Of a DNA stretch of 64,000 nt, positions 20,118 through 31,900 are shown one piece after another. The first letter of the stretch is position 1, and every line of letters starts with the position of its first letter. The position numbers and the translations under genes are program-made. The notes under the pieces were generated by a model. The model searched no databases. It was not told the DNA's origin and was given only the letters and a program-made list of their open reading frames with translations. Source of the stretch: Epithemia pelagica (lineage: Eukaryota; Protista; Bacillariophyta); contig OX337229.1 in NCBI GenBank assembly GCA_946965045.2, positions 4,712,001-4,776,000 on the forward strand, in the 5' to 3' direction.

Positions 20118-21662
20118 ATGTCCGATCCATCATCGACGAGAAAGCGGAAAACAAGGAACTCCACAGGAGATGACGGTGCACAGAACATTGTGATTCGTTT
20201 ACCAAAGGCACAAGAAGATGGCGATGATTCAGCTAAGTCGAATCTTCCTGTTCTATGTTCTTTTCCGGGCGGATTGCCGAGGGGTGTTCAAAAGGTCACA
20301 ACTGACGACGACGAGATCGACGAGGCGGCTTTAAACTTCAGATGGAGTGAAAACATAAAGACAAAACGAAGGACCCTTGTTGGGAAAGATCACGCGTGTG
20401 TCTTTACAGCGGCAAGTCGATCTAGTGAGGGGAAAACTGAGTCGCAAACGGAAAGGTACAAGACGCGAATGTGTGTTGGAATGTACGACAAACACAAGAA
20501 AAGCTTAACGCTTTTTGACGTTCACGACGATGGATACGTCCATTCGTTCGCTCAACATGTTCCTAACTATAAAGGATCAGGTGATACGAGAGATTTATCA
20601 ACTGCACGTCAACAGTACCAGGCTCTCTATGAAGATTTTGGCTCTGCCAAGAAGCGCCGTGCCATCAAATCTAAAGAAGCGAATCGCGTGGATGTGGATT
20701 CAGTTGTTGGCGCTGGACAGTTGGTTGTTGACTCTGTACTTAAAGGAGAATCCATGTCTGAAAGCAATAAGCGTGCTATTTTGGAGGAAAAAGAGCAAAG
20801 GGACAATGGCGGTGATTCTGCTGCCCCCTCCTCGTCTCTACCACAACACTCCGCTGCAGTGGATGCCGCAACCGAAGCATGGCGAAACGAGTTTCTCCCT
20901 CCTTACAACCGAAATGCGACAGAACCTTCGAAAATTTACAATTTTGTTGAGATTGTTGGTGGTCAAGGGCTTTGGCAAGACTTTTCGCATCATGTGGAGA
21001 AGGCCATGAAGCAAGATGATGTCGCTTATGCTCTAATTGAAGGGCTGGACGACAAAGGCAAAGCCCAGGGTAAAACAAAAATCGAGATTCCTGGCGCAAG
21101 ACCAAAACACAAATGGCGACCCTCCTTAATCTCGCTGGTGAAAAGGATTATACAGAAGCACAAAGCAAAGTCCCCATCGAACAATGAAAGCCTAAAGAAA
21201 CAGCTGATTTGTTCACATGTGCTCCACCTGATGCTTCATCTTTACCTGACATTACGTCCTCGAGTGAATATTCCAAAGGTCCTTAACCACCAAGCCCGTT
21301 ACTTTGGAGCACCAGGGGATTTTGGACGATTTTGGGTGCAGTCGTTCACAACAGAATCTATTCATCCTCGCAATAGCGTTGCTGCGCACATGATGTCAAA
21401 ACCAAACAAGGACAAGTGCTGCATCAGTATGTTTCTTCTTCTGATGATGGCCGAGGGTGGTGATTCTATGACGTGTTCCAATATCAAGCCATTTTTGAAT
21501 GAGTTACAGATGGAAGCCCGCGATGCAAGTAACCTGTTGCGTTTGGCCGGTTGCTCAGTGACGCGTAACCCCAAGACAGGAGACACGGGAGCTCTTTTGC
21601 TTGCACCTGTCACATTTCCCGCTCTGAAATCTTCTGGTCGAGGAAGACGATCAAGAGGATAG
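20118..21662 (+). CDS. RPA49: RNA polymerase I subunit A49/PAF53-like
   Basis: LYEDFGSAKKRRAI, LPPYNRNATEPSKIY, ..LLRLAGCSV and LLLAPVTFP match the A49 layout. Confidence 0.75.
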   Translation: MSDPSSTRKRKTRNSTGDDGAQNIVIRLPKAQEDGDDSAKSNLPVLCSFPGGLPRGVQKVTTDDDEIDEAALNFRWSENIKTKRRTLVGKDHACVFTAASRSSEGKTESQTERYKTRMCVGMYDKHKKSLTLFDVHDDGYVHSFAQHVPNYKGSGDTRDLSTARQQYQALYEDFGSAKKRRAIKSKEANRVDVDSVVGAGQLVVDSVLKGESMSESNKRAILEEKEQRDNGGDSAAPSSSLPQHSAAVDAATEAWRNEFLPPYNRNATEPSKIYNFVEIVGGQGLWQDFSHHVEKAMKQDDVAYALIEGLDDKGKAQGKTKIEIPGARPKHKWRPSLISLVKRIIQKHKAKSPSNNESLKKQLICSHVLHLMLHLYLTLRPRVNIPKVLNHQARYFGAPGDFGRFWVQSFTTESIHPRNSVAAHMMSKPNKDKCCISMFLLLMMAEGGDSMTCSNIKPFLNELQMEARDASNLLRLAGCSVTRNPKTGDTGALLLAPVTFPALKSSGRGRRSRG

Positions 21663-21878
21663 CTTAAAACACAATTGATCAATATCCTAATATGTAGTGA
21701 GCTCAAATGGCAAATACTAGTGTACAAAGTTTTGTCTAGAGAAAATTGCTTTTTATGCTATCTTTTCCCAATCATTTGTCATCCCACATCCCAAAACGCC
21801 CTTGATCAAGGGTGTGAGTGCAACCATGCGATGGTCCCACACAAGTGCTTAAAGCGAACTTAAAACAAGAAATAATCC

Positions 21879-23373
21879 TCAACCAGTACTCTCCCGATCT
21901 GCCTTCTCTGGCGAACCAGCTTGGGTAGGCGAATCTGGAACCCCAGATCCTCCACCAGTTGAAGCAGCTGATCCCATTCCGAATTCCATATTCTTCTCCT
22001 CTCCTTTCGGATGAGCTTTACCGGACCCGCTTCCACCGTTGGCATTGCTTCTTGCGGCGTGCCCAAAGTGTTGTGGATAGTACGGATGTGGCGGTGGCAT
22101 ATGTGGATACCAGTGATGTGGGTGAACATGATGGTTATGTTCGTTTTGATTAGTGCCCTGTTGTCCTGCTAGATGTGGTGGTGGGGGTGGTGGGGGATAG
22201 GGATATGCCGCAGCATAACCATGGTAAAGGTGCGGTGGGGGAGGCGGGGGAGGTGGAATGGATGATTGCTGGTGATTCGATGATGAACCAGATGAATTGA
22301 ACTGGTTGGAGTAGGAGCTCTGCGGTTGTTGGGACGGCATTGTTCCCATCGATTGCATCAAACTGACCTGCTGGACTGCGGCTTCAATCAGTTTCTAGAA
22401 AAAAGAAAATAAGAGCCAGGAAAAATAAACATGCATCACGAACTGCTCACACGATACTCACGTCTTTTCCGTGTTGCGCAAACTTGCGTTGTATTGTAGA
22501 ATACCAATGATTCTTCACATCATTGTCAGATCTTCCAGGTAGATTTTTCGCAATGTTAGCCCATCTGTTGCCATAATGCTCATGCATGGCGATCAAAATC
22601 GCTTCTTCGTCGTCAGTCCATTCTCCCTTCTTGAGCTCAGGGTCTAGATGGTTGACAAATCGCTCCCGGCATTGCTTCCCCTGCCTTCCTGGGAGATGTG
22701 CTGCTATTTTTGCCCACTTTCGGCCATACAGTTGCCGTTTTTCCCGCAGAATAGCGTCTTCTTCAACTGTCCACGATCCTTTCCCTTTAATCACAGGTGG
22801 ATTTGTGAGAGTTTGCCATTTGGTTAAGCATTCAATAGCATTGTGGTTGACAAAATTTGCTGCTACTTCGTTCCACCGAGGAGCAGTTTCTTTGTAGGTT
22901 TCTACGAGCTTCTTCAAAAGATCCATTTCTTCTTGAGTCCATTTTCCAGCTCCCTCAGAAGCAGAGGGAAGGGATTTCATCTTCGAATGAGAATTTGTCT
23001 CATCATCGTCAGCGTCCTCATCGTCACCTTGAACTGGATCATTGGGTTCGTGCGGCGATGATTCTTTGGATTCCTTTTCGTGGGAGGGACTATCGGTCAC
23101 ATTGGAAACAAGTCTACTAGAACTACTTTTGGTCTCTTTCTGGTTGAGCTGAATGTATCGCTTCAAGCACTGTACTGCACTTTTGCCTTCAATCAACTGA
23201 GATATAGCGTCCCAATCTTCTTCACCATCTTCTTCCTGTTCCTCAATGACAGCACGGAGCAATGCTTCGTCTTCTTCTGATGTCCACATCGCGCCCGGCT
23301 TCCGCTTTGATGCAGATCGAGGACTCTCATCATTTTCATTGCTCCGTGGTCTTTTCCGACCGGAACCGGGCAT
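21879..23373 (-). CDS. Myb transcription factor with four Myb repeats and a Q/P/H-rich tail; intron 22395-22461
   Basis: Repeats WTSEED, WTQEE, WTVEED..RQGKQCRERF and WTDDEE..RSDNDVKNHW. A 67-nt GTGAGT..CTAG intron joins in frame to 21879..22394. A probable 5'-UTR intron has its GTAAGT donor near 23538. Confidence 0.88.
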
Positions 23374-24851
23374 GACGACCTCGTCTGTGGACCAATGACC
23401 ACACGCATTCAATGGGAAAAACAATGCTGCGTGAGAAACAACCATTCTCCGCACGAAGTACAAGAAACTAAGACTAGCGTAGACCACTTTATTCTGTTCA
23501 TCAACAGAAAGAATCATCTAGATCCATGATTTACTTACCAGCACGTATATCTGATTGGTGTTGTGCTGAGCACAACGGAAACAAAGGCGGAGATGAGTGA
23601 AGGAGACTAATGGTTGCAGTAGGTCGTGTGATAAATCAATGCCTCTCGCACCAATAGGGGCGACTGCAGCGGTTGTCAACTATACGATACTCTATCTTCA
23701 AACCATATAAACAAACAGGAGATCTTATCCCACAGCAAACCCAAACCTCCCCAGAAGCCAATCCTCCTGCCTCTTGTCTCCACTAATCTCGGATTCCGAC
23801 CAATGGACGAGGAAGCAAGTGACCTGACGAATCAATCAAGCCGTAGACAGCCGTTTAGTAAACGCCTTTTTACCCACACAATCAGCGGTCCGAGACGAAG
23901 CTGCCCGGCTCGCATCTGGACAGGAATAGATATGCCACGAATCGTGGGATCATACCCACTGTGATCTCAAAAGTAGATGTCAGCTAGGCCCTCCTGCGGG
24001 CTGCGCGGCGAACACGAACGGGGGAACAATAGGATCCTACCTACTCCAACCTAGCTAAGCTAGCTCTACTAGAACTAAATGGAGAATGGAGTAGCGCCAA
24101 CGGCAGAGATTCGATAGGAGTAAGAGTAAGCGTTCTTCTGGGGAAACTGAAAATGGGAAATCGGATACTTTCCATACGTCGAGTTTAATTCTTGGATATA
24201 AAAATGTTGAGTTGAACCTCATTGGGAAGACTAGGCGCACGTGAGTTGCATCACAACGGGGAGAGATCGCAAACACCAAGTGTGAAAGGTATTCTTGCCA
24301 CAATGCCAGGTGTCGTTCTATTACCAAGTCGATCTTCAAATCATTCTTGTCCTTGAGCGGCTGATTTCTTAGCGCCAATATGATTGTTGCGAGACCCGTT
24401 CCGAGACGCAGCTCACACCACTGGTTCCGATCTCGTCTACTATGGATCCTTATGAATTTGATCTCTTGGTGAGTCCGACGACAGCATTCTTTGTGAAACT
24501 ACGTCATGTCGGTACTCGGCAGAGATTTCTATTTGCTAGCAAGGCTGAGGAGAGGAGACGGCAAATGAGAAGTTTCGCTGGATCCCTATTGTTTGTATTT
24601 TACGATTTTATGACAGGACGGGAAGAGATCTCACTACCAGCTGGCGTGCCCTGCACGCATTACAGCACACATTTCGGGCGCGACTTTTTATGCGGCCGAT
24701 CGAATATCAGTCGCGGAAGCACCATTTCCTCCACCTTCGATCCACAACGAAAATTTTTTGTGTTTTATCTCATCAAAGGCATCTCATCCCTGATCCCTGA
24801 TCCCTGTCTAGAGGTATCACATTTGTTTTTGTTGTGAATCAAACTAGGAAA

Positions 24852-26140
24852 ATGACGTCCACTGAAGTGCCAATGGCAGTCAGCCATCCTGGGTCTGGGA
24901 GTATCCGAACCTATCAGTCAACGAAGATTGCGGAGCTTCGTGAGGTAAGGACAATAAACCGATAAATCGACATTGTTCGATTGCCTTCGCTGACAACGTA
25001 GATGATCCCTGTTTCTTCTAGACTGTGCAAGAACGTTTGGGTGACTTGCAGCGCTTGAAAGCTCGTCGAAATGAATTGAATGCTCAAGTTCGTATGCTAC
25101 GAGAGGAGCTGTATCATCTTCAGGAACCTGGATCTTATGTCGGAGAAGTTGTTAAAGCCATGGGGCAAAGCAAGATATTGGTGAAAATCAATCCGGAGGG
25201 GAAATATGTTGTTGATATTGATAAGGATATCGACATTAATGACTGCAAACCAAACACCCGAGTTGCTCTGCGCAATGATTCATACACTCTACACAAAATC
25301 TTGCCGACCAAGGTGGATCCCTTGGTTTCGCTCATGAAGGTCGAAGCTGTGCCTGATTCCACTTATGATATGATTGGTGGTCTTGAGAAGCAGGTACTAG
25401 AAATCAAAGAGGTTATCGAGCTTCCCATCAAACATCCTGAGTTGTTTGAATCACTGGGAGTCGCTCAACCAAAGGGTGTTCTGTTGTACGGTCCACCGGG
25501 TACCGGGAAGACTCTCTTGGCTCGTGCTGTGGCCCATCACACCGATTGTACATTCATCCGTGTCTCTGGAGCGGAACTCGTGCAGAAGTACATCGGAGAA
25601 GGTAGTCGTATGGTACGCGAGCTCTTTGTTATGGCCCGCGAAGCTGCTCCATCTATTATTTTTATGGACGAAATCGATTCCATCGGCCAAGCCCGCGGAG
25701 GAAGCGGTGGGGGAGACTCAGAAGTGCAGCGCACAATGTTGGAGCTTCTGAATCAGCTCGATGGATTTGAACCTGCGCAAAATATCAAGGTTATCATGGC
25801 TACAAATCGTATCGATATCCTTGATTCAGCTTTGCTTCGTCCGGGCCGAATAGATCGAAAGATCGAGTTTCCAAACCCCAACACTGAGAATCGTTTAGCC
25901 ATTTTGAAGATTCATAGCCGGAAAATGAATTTACTGCGAAATCTGGATCTTCAAAGCATTGCTGAAAAGATGGTCAACGCCAGTGGTGCTGAATGTAAGG
26001 CTGTCTGCACAGAAGCAGGTATGTTTGCATTACGCGAACGCCGTGTTCACGTAACACAGGAAGACTTTGAAATGGCAGTTGCAAAGGTGATGAAGAAAGA
26101 CTCGGATGCTAACGTGAGCTTGCAGAGGCTTTGGAAGTAA
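24852..26140 (+). CDS. RPT6: 26S proteasome AAA-ATPase subunit Rpt6 (PSMC5); intron 24945-25021
   Basis: [33 protein letters not shown] and [16 protein letters not shown]. The 93-nt exon 1 splices in frame (GTAAGG..CTAG). Confidence 0.96.
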
Positions 26141-26209
26141 AAAATTACTCCTTGTCAATATATGGATAGTTACAAAATTTTCGTTCTAGGATTATCAAGA
26201 CATTTGTAC

Positions 26210-28585
26210 CTACAACCCATAAGAACCGAGACGAGAGGCAGTCATTCCCTCTATTTGAGCCTTTTTCCTTTTCTTCTTCGTTTTCTTCTTTTTGTGACTT
26301 CCTGTCTGCTTCTGATCTTCTCGAGAAGTCGACGTGAGATGCTCTATGGGTTTTCGTTCCTCCGAGGAATTGTTCAATATGCTCCTCTCTACTGCAGTGG
26401 AACTTTTGATGATATCTTGACTCGGTTTAGGAAACTCTTTTGTTGAATTCAAAGTCGATTCTTGTTCATTATCTTCGATGTTGTCATTTTGTGGTACTTT
26501 CTTTTTTCTTCGCCGGCGTTTAGGCCTAGCTGCATTCTCTGTCTCACCTTGCAAGCCCACTGAATTCGATGAATCAGCTTTTTCAAGACTTTGCCCATCT
26601 GTGGTTTTTGGTACGTCATCACCATTTTGTTCATCCTTGACCTTCTTCGTCTTCCGCCTTTTCCTCTTCTTTTTCGAAGCTTGAGTAGAATCTCCGGGAT
26701 CGGCTGATTGAATGTTATCTTCAGTCGGTTTGTCGTCCTCAGAAGGTTGCTGGGTGGCTGAAGTTTGCTTTTCTTCGTCCCTGATCTGCTCATCGATGTC
26801 CCGTTGCATCATTTCTCGCAACAAGCGGCGCCTTTTCCGCCCGACCACGTGTTCGCCCTCCTCACGGTATGGCGCCATTTTCTTAAGAGAGACATACTGT
26901 CTCAACGTCGAGTCACGTGCCAACAAGATATCCTTAGCCGACAATCCATAGTCATTTGGTTCTACTTGTCGATACTTGAAGCGAGTCGGTATACCAGCCA
27001 CTATGTCTTCATAGTCCAGTTTGTATAATTCGTCTTCCACCTTAGTGCGTAGCTTCCGTTCGAGCGCTGATTCCTGAACGTCGGTGTCCTCCTTGGCATC
27101 ATAGCCAGAATCTTCTTCATTCCCTTCTTCTGGCCATTGCTCCTCCTTATTCTCGGCAAAAGCTTCTTCTTCCCCCTGGAAATTCTCGTTCTCTTCTTGT
27201 TCTTCGTGTGTGTCATCCTCAAAATCGTCCCCACCCAAAAGCTCACCATACTTGTCCGACTTCATGTCTTTCCTCAAGTCTTTATCTGACTTCCATTTCA
27301 CGTCTTCCTTTCCATAATACTCATCTCCGAAAGTTTCTTCCATAAGTTTTTCAAACTTCTCCGGGTCGTAATCTCCCTCCATCATTTTTAAGATGGCAGC
27401 CTCGTCCACGGAACTGTCGCCTCCTTCGACTTCCCCCAGAACGTGTTTTATTTGATTGAGTTTAGTCTCCATTTCATGGCGCTTTGCATTTTTGAGGCGT
27501 TTCAGCTGCTCTTCTTTGGCTCTTCGCTCAGCTTCTTTTCGTTCTTTTCGAGCTTGTCGTTTCTTGCTTCTCGAGTCATCCTTTCTTCGAAGTGTGTTCA
27601 TCACTTGGCCCCGGGCATACCCAATTATTGAGTGATCAGCCCCAGATCCAGAAGCCGCGTGTTCGAATCGAAAATTGTATCGTGCTTCGAATTCATCGTT
27701 CCTATCGAGCTGCTCTAACGAGTCATCAGAGTCATTCCCGTCATTCTCAGGCGGTGTAGACTTCATCGGCACCTTTTCGTCTTGCTCTTCATCATCTGAG
27801 ATCCTTTCTTGATGGTCAGAGGGATCAATCCAGCTTCTGTTTTTGAAGTAGTCCAAAAGAAATTTGTCTCCATCCTGTACCTCCCCTTTTGGATCTAGCG
27901 TAAATGTGCGATTTTCACGGTTGCCGAGGCTTTGTTCCATCTTCTGGACTTCTGCCAAGAAGTCTTTGTCATCTTCATCTGTTTTCTGAGCTTGATGTTT
28001 CACAATCATGACATCATCTTCGTCCTCGTCACTGTCTCCAGTTGCAGATTGCAGAAAGGCCTGGCGAATTTCTCGTTGTTCTGCGTCGTATGCCAGCTGA
28101 GATGTTCTCGGACCATCAATTTCTTGCAGTTCATCATCAGCATGGTTCTCTCTATCAGCTTCCTCCTTGTTCATATCCTCTAAAATCTGCTGCCTCACCA
28201 CATCCTTGTATCTCATCCGTTTGTCCTTGACTTGGTCGTCATCGGCTTCATTGTCGGCGTCGGCACTGTCGTCAATCTCTTGATGAAAAAATTTAGTGTT
28301 GGGATCGTAAATTGTCTTGTCCTTTGACCTTATTGCATTTATGGTTTTCATTATATCCGTGTCCAACTTTGAAGTGAGAAGGTCTCCATCTTCATCCTCG
28401 GACGACTCGTCGTCGTCAACCTCGTCCTCATCTTGGCCTCCTTCACGTCTTGAGTTGAGAAGCTCCTGTTTTTGCTTGCGTAGTTCAAACTCCTTGGCAA
28501 ATTTTCTATTGATGGAAAGCTTCTTGTCGGGCTCGTCCGAATCCTCTGAATCAGAATCCAACAAAGCAGCCCGCTTTTCGGCCAT
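26210..28585 (-). CDS. KRI1: KRI1-like 40S ribosome biogenesis protein
   Basis: LSINRKFAKEFELRK, FEARYNFRFE and LDYEDIVAGIPTRFKYRQVEPNDYGL..ILL..VSLKKMAPYR. First plausible ATG at 28585. Confidence 0.92.
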   Translation of the reverse strand: MAEKRAALLDSDSEDSDEPDKKLSINRKFAKEFELRKQKQELLNSRREGGQDEDEVDDDESSEDEDGDLLTSKLDTDIMKTINAIRSKDKTIYDPNTKFFHQEIDDSADADNEADDDQVKDKRMRYKDVVRQQILEDMNKEEADRENHADDELQEIDGPRTSQLAYDAEQREIRQAFLQSATGDSDEDEDDVMIVKHQAQKTDEDDKDFLAEVQKMEQSLGNRENRTFTLDPKGEVQDGDKFLLDYFKNRSWIDPSDHQERISDDEEQDEKVPMKSTPPENDGNDSDDSLEQLDRNDEFEARYNFRFEHAASGSGADHSIIGYARGQVMNTLRRKDDSRSKKRQARKERKEAERRAKEEQLKRLKNAKRHEMETKLNQIKHVLGEVEGGDSSVDEAAILKMMEGDYDPEKFEKLMEETFGDEYYGKEDVKWKSDKDLRKDMKSDKYGELLGGDDFEDDTHEEQEENENFQGEEEAFAENKEEQWPEEGNEEDSGYDAKEDTDVQESALERKLRTKVEDELYKLDYEDIVAGIPTRFKYRQVEPNDYGLSAKDILLARDSTLRQYVSLKKMAPYREEGEHVVGRKRRRLLREMMQRDIDEQIRDEEKQTSATQQPSEDDKPTEDNIQSADPGDSTQASKKKRKRRKTKKVKDEQNGDDVPKTTDGQSLEKADSSNSVGLQGETENAARPKRRRRKKKVPQNDNIEDNEQESTLNSTKEFPKPSQDIIKSSTAVERSILNNSSEERKPIEHLTSTSREDQKQTGSHKKKKTKKKRKKAQIEGMTASRLGSYGL

Positions 28586-28749
28586 TGTTCCAATTCGTGT
28601 CCCACTCTTCTCGCGGTTTCTCATTTTTTCTTGGTCCTGGGAACCACCGTCCGTCCGCTTGCCCGCCACGACGCGCGCGACTGGCCCAATCATCGGCGCG
28701 ATTGGATAGTGGACCGCACCTCGCACGTCTCATTCATCTCCGCCCTGTC

Positions 28750-28972
28750 TGTTGAAACTCAAATAAACCGTGCCGTAAAAGCAACTCTTTATAGGCTTAT
28801 TGATCTACGTAAACTCCATTGAATGAGCTCTTGCTCAGTTTCGTTGTCATAGCGTTGCTTTTGCCACGTCGCCTGACCACAGTCCAAAGATTCGCATCTT
28901 GTCCTTCTTCCTTGTCCTGTTTGGTCGCGCCTTGGTCCTCCATGACTACCGGTTGCTCGTCTATCCTCAACA
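28750..28972 (-). repeat. 3' LTR (223 bp)
   Basis: Direct repeat of 34711-34933. Confidence 0.97.
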
Positions 28973-31900
28973 CACTCCTTTGTGCTGAGGAATGGTATTT
29001 ACTATCCGGAAGCACATTCATGATGATATCGCGCAACTTGTAGAACATTTGACCCTGAAGGGGCTTCGTGAAAAAATCGGCTATCATATCCTCGGTGGGA
29101 CAATACTTGACTGACAACTCTTTTCTCCGAATACAGTCTGTGATATAGAAATATCTGAGGTTGATATGTTTGGTCCGCTTTGTACTTGACAAGCGTCCAT
29201 TCTTGGCGAGCAGGATGCTGCTCTGATTGTCCTGATGTAGGACAACATCTTGGACTGCATGTCCTTGAGCTTGAATAAAATTCTTTGTCCAAATAATGGA
29301 CGGGAGGACGTCATGAATCCCAATCAATTCACATTCCGTGGAACTACGCGCCACTAACTTTTGTTTGGATGACGCTGTAACCACTGCTCCTCGACCCAGG
29401 GTCATATATCCACCTGTTTGCCCTTTGAAATCTGGGTGAACTGCATAGGACGCATCAACCCACCAGTGGATAGGAAAGTCCTTTGTACCCTCCAAACGGA
29501 GAACCAAGTCCTTGGTCGATTGCAGGTATTTCAACACTCGGCCCAGTTTGCGACGATCGTCTTCATCTGGTGCCATAACTCGAGTACTCAAGAAAGCCAC
29601 CGCAGTCCGAATATCAGGCCTTCCACGCTGTGCCATATAGGCCAATTGCATTGTGATACTGTGGAATTCGTCGGCGGCTGTTGAATCCAAAGCTTTCGCT
29701 TTGGGATTAATGTGATACAAATGTTTGGCAGCGGGACTTCTGGCTTTTCCAATAAAACACTTGGGTAAATCCGTCAGAACAGTCTCCAGATAGGATCGCA
29801 TGTCCACTTGTACGACCCCATCGTCTCCGTAATCCAAAAACATTCCCAAATAATCGTGGCGGATTCCCTCTGATACGGATATCTCCCCCAATTGGCCGAA
29901 CTCGGCCTTGAGGTCCTTGACAAACTGTTGAACGACCTCGGCATCAACATGCGAAATCTTCAAGTCGTCTATGTGCCAAGTGACGGTTAATTGTTTGTTG
30001 TTTACTTGTTTGTTTGCGACGCACGAGTCATATGGATTCATTATGAACCCCCAACTTTTCAAGACTGCAGACAATTTCTCCCAGAACAAACGCGCCGCCC
30101 TCAGTGTTCCATAGAGTGCCTTAAGCATCTCTACATAGATAACGGGTTGCCCTTTCTCATATGTCACGTAGGGTTTGTACATGTCATAGTCGACTTCCAG
30201 CAACAGTTCCGCCATGAGACCATCCAGACGCATATAGACGTCAGGGTCCATGTCGGAATGCATGAATGCCCCTGGAATATCTGCAACAATCACCACTCGG
30301 CGTTCTAAAGCATCAATAACTGTGGTGATGAAAACAGCTTCGGTTGCAACTGTCGGTGAGGCTGACTGGCTCTTTTCAATGTATGACCTTTGTTTCCGGC
30401 CATCAGCACATCCTCTCCCCTTGATCTTGCCACAACGCTTCCGCTTAAGGAACATCAAATATCCTAATGCTTGTTGGATCTGCTCCCATGAGAGGTCTGA
30501 TTTGTGCACGGCCTTTAATACGCCACGATCGTGTAATTGTTGTATCTCAATTTTCACTGCGGCAACTCCTTTGTCACCGAATAGCTTAATGCCTTTCTTC
30601 ATTGACATCTGAGGAGTCGCCAGATTGGTTTCAGACGCAACAAGATACAAAATGCCTTCACGCAAATACCCATCGTATCGTCCGCTTGTCAATCTATCGA
30701 CGCATGCAAACGAATGGCCATATCGGTAGGCGTAACTGCGTGCCCTGTTCGGCCGCAGATTGTAGCGTTGTTGTTGAGCTGGTGCTTCGTCTGCAACAGG
30801 CTCTATTGCTGGCTCTTGAGCTGGTGCTTCGTCTGCAACATGCTCTGGCTCTGGCTCCAAGATCAATGGCTCAACTTGATTGGGATCCACCACAGCTTGA
30901 TTGCCCTCATCGTCATCAATGTCTTCCTCTTCCATATCATCTCCACCGGCTAGCTCCCCTCCATCCTGTTCATCTCCATTAGATCCATCCTCCGCATCCA
31001 TATCAGCCACGTGATCACCATCATCATCTATCGGATTAGGTAGACCGACTTCTACCCCCACTCCTTGGATTTCCACTCCTTGGTTTTGCTGATGGTCCAT
31101 CCCTGGGTTGATTACTGGGTCATCAGCTGGTGGCTCTGCCACTAATTCGTCGTCGTCTTGTACGTCTGCGTTCTCGAGTTCCTCGTCAACGATGTCATCG
31201 TCGTAGCGGAGGTCTTCATCCTCATCGTCGATGTCATGATGATAAGAAGCATCGTCATCCTCATTTATGAGAATGTTCTCGTCATCTAGCCACAGTACAC
31301 GATTATCCCGGTTTCCAAAAGCGAGTCCCGGCTGCATTTCTTGTGCTGCAGCTAGATCAGAAACTCGTTGGATCACCTCTTGGGGCATTGGAAGGGGCGT
31401 GGCGTGGTTCCGAGTAATGACGCGACCGCTTGCGAGACTAAGGAAGTAATAACTACCTTGTCGATTTCCCGTAGGTCTCAAAGCTAGAGCACCAACGGTT
31501 CGGGGTGCCATCGAGTTGTCGTGCTCCTCATGGCACTGGACATATTCGCCGAACTCGAAGCGGCAATGTTTAGCATAGTCAATGTTTTCGCCAGTAACCA
31601 GCAGTCGCGGACTCTCGGTTGTTGAAATGCCGAGGCGATGTGGGAAGCTGTTTATCCAAAAGACTGCAAATTTCGCGAGCTCAATGATCATAATTTTGGG
31701 TAGGGTGATGAATGGCAGTGTATTGAAAACACATCGCATTCGTTCTTTAACTGTGCGAATGTATCGCTCCACATCTCCCACATGTTCGTCACGAGCTGTC
31801 GAGTTGATTGTTATGCCAAGAAGTTGCATCTTGGTTCTCATTTCATCACTCGTAAATGCTCCATCAGCAAGGATCATTCTCGGTCTAAGACCCCCCCTTC

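Noticed and set aside
24055-24497. Minus-strand ORF (HLALWQEYLSHL, faintly Pop4-like) and the plus ORF at 24442
   Set aside because: No in-frame ATG near the start and no further family motifs; it lies in the Myb/RPT6 promoter region.
30778-30840. Short duplication in pol (VADEAPAQ twice)
   Set aside because: Ordinary slippage in the acidic IN-RT linker.
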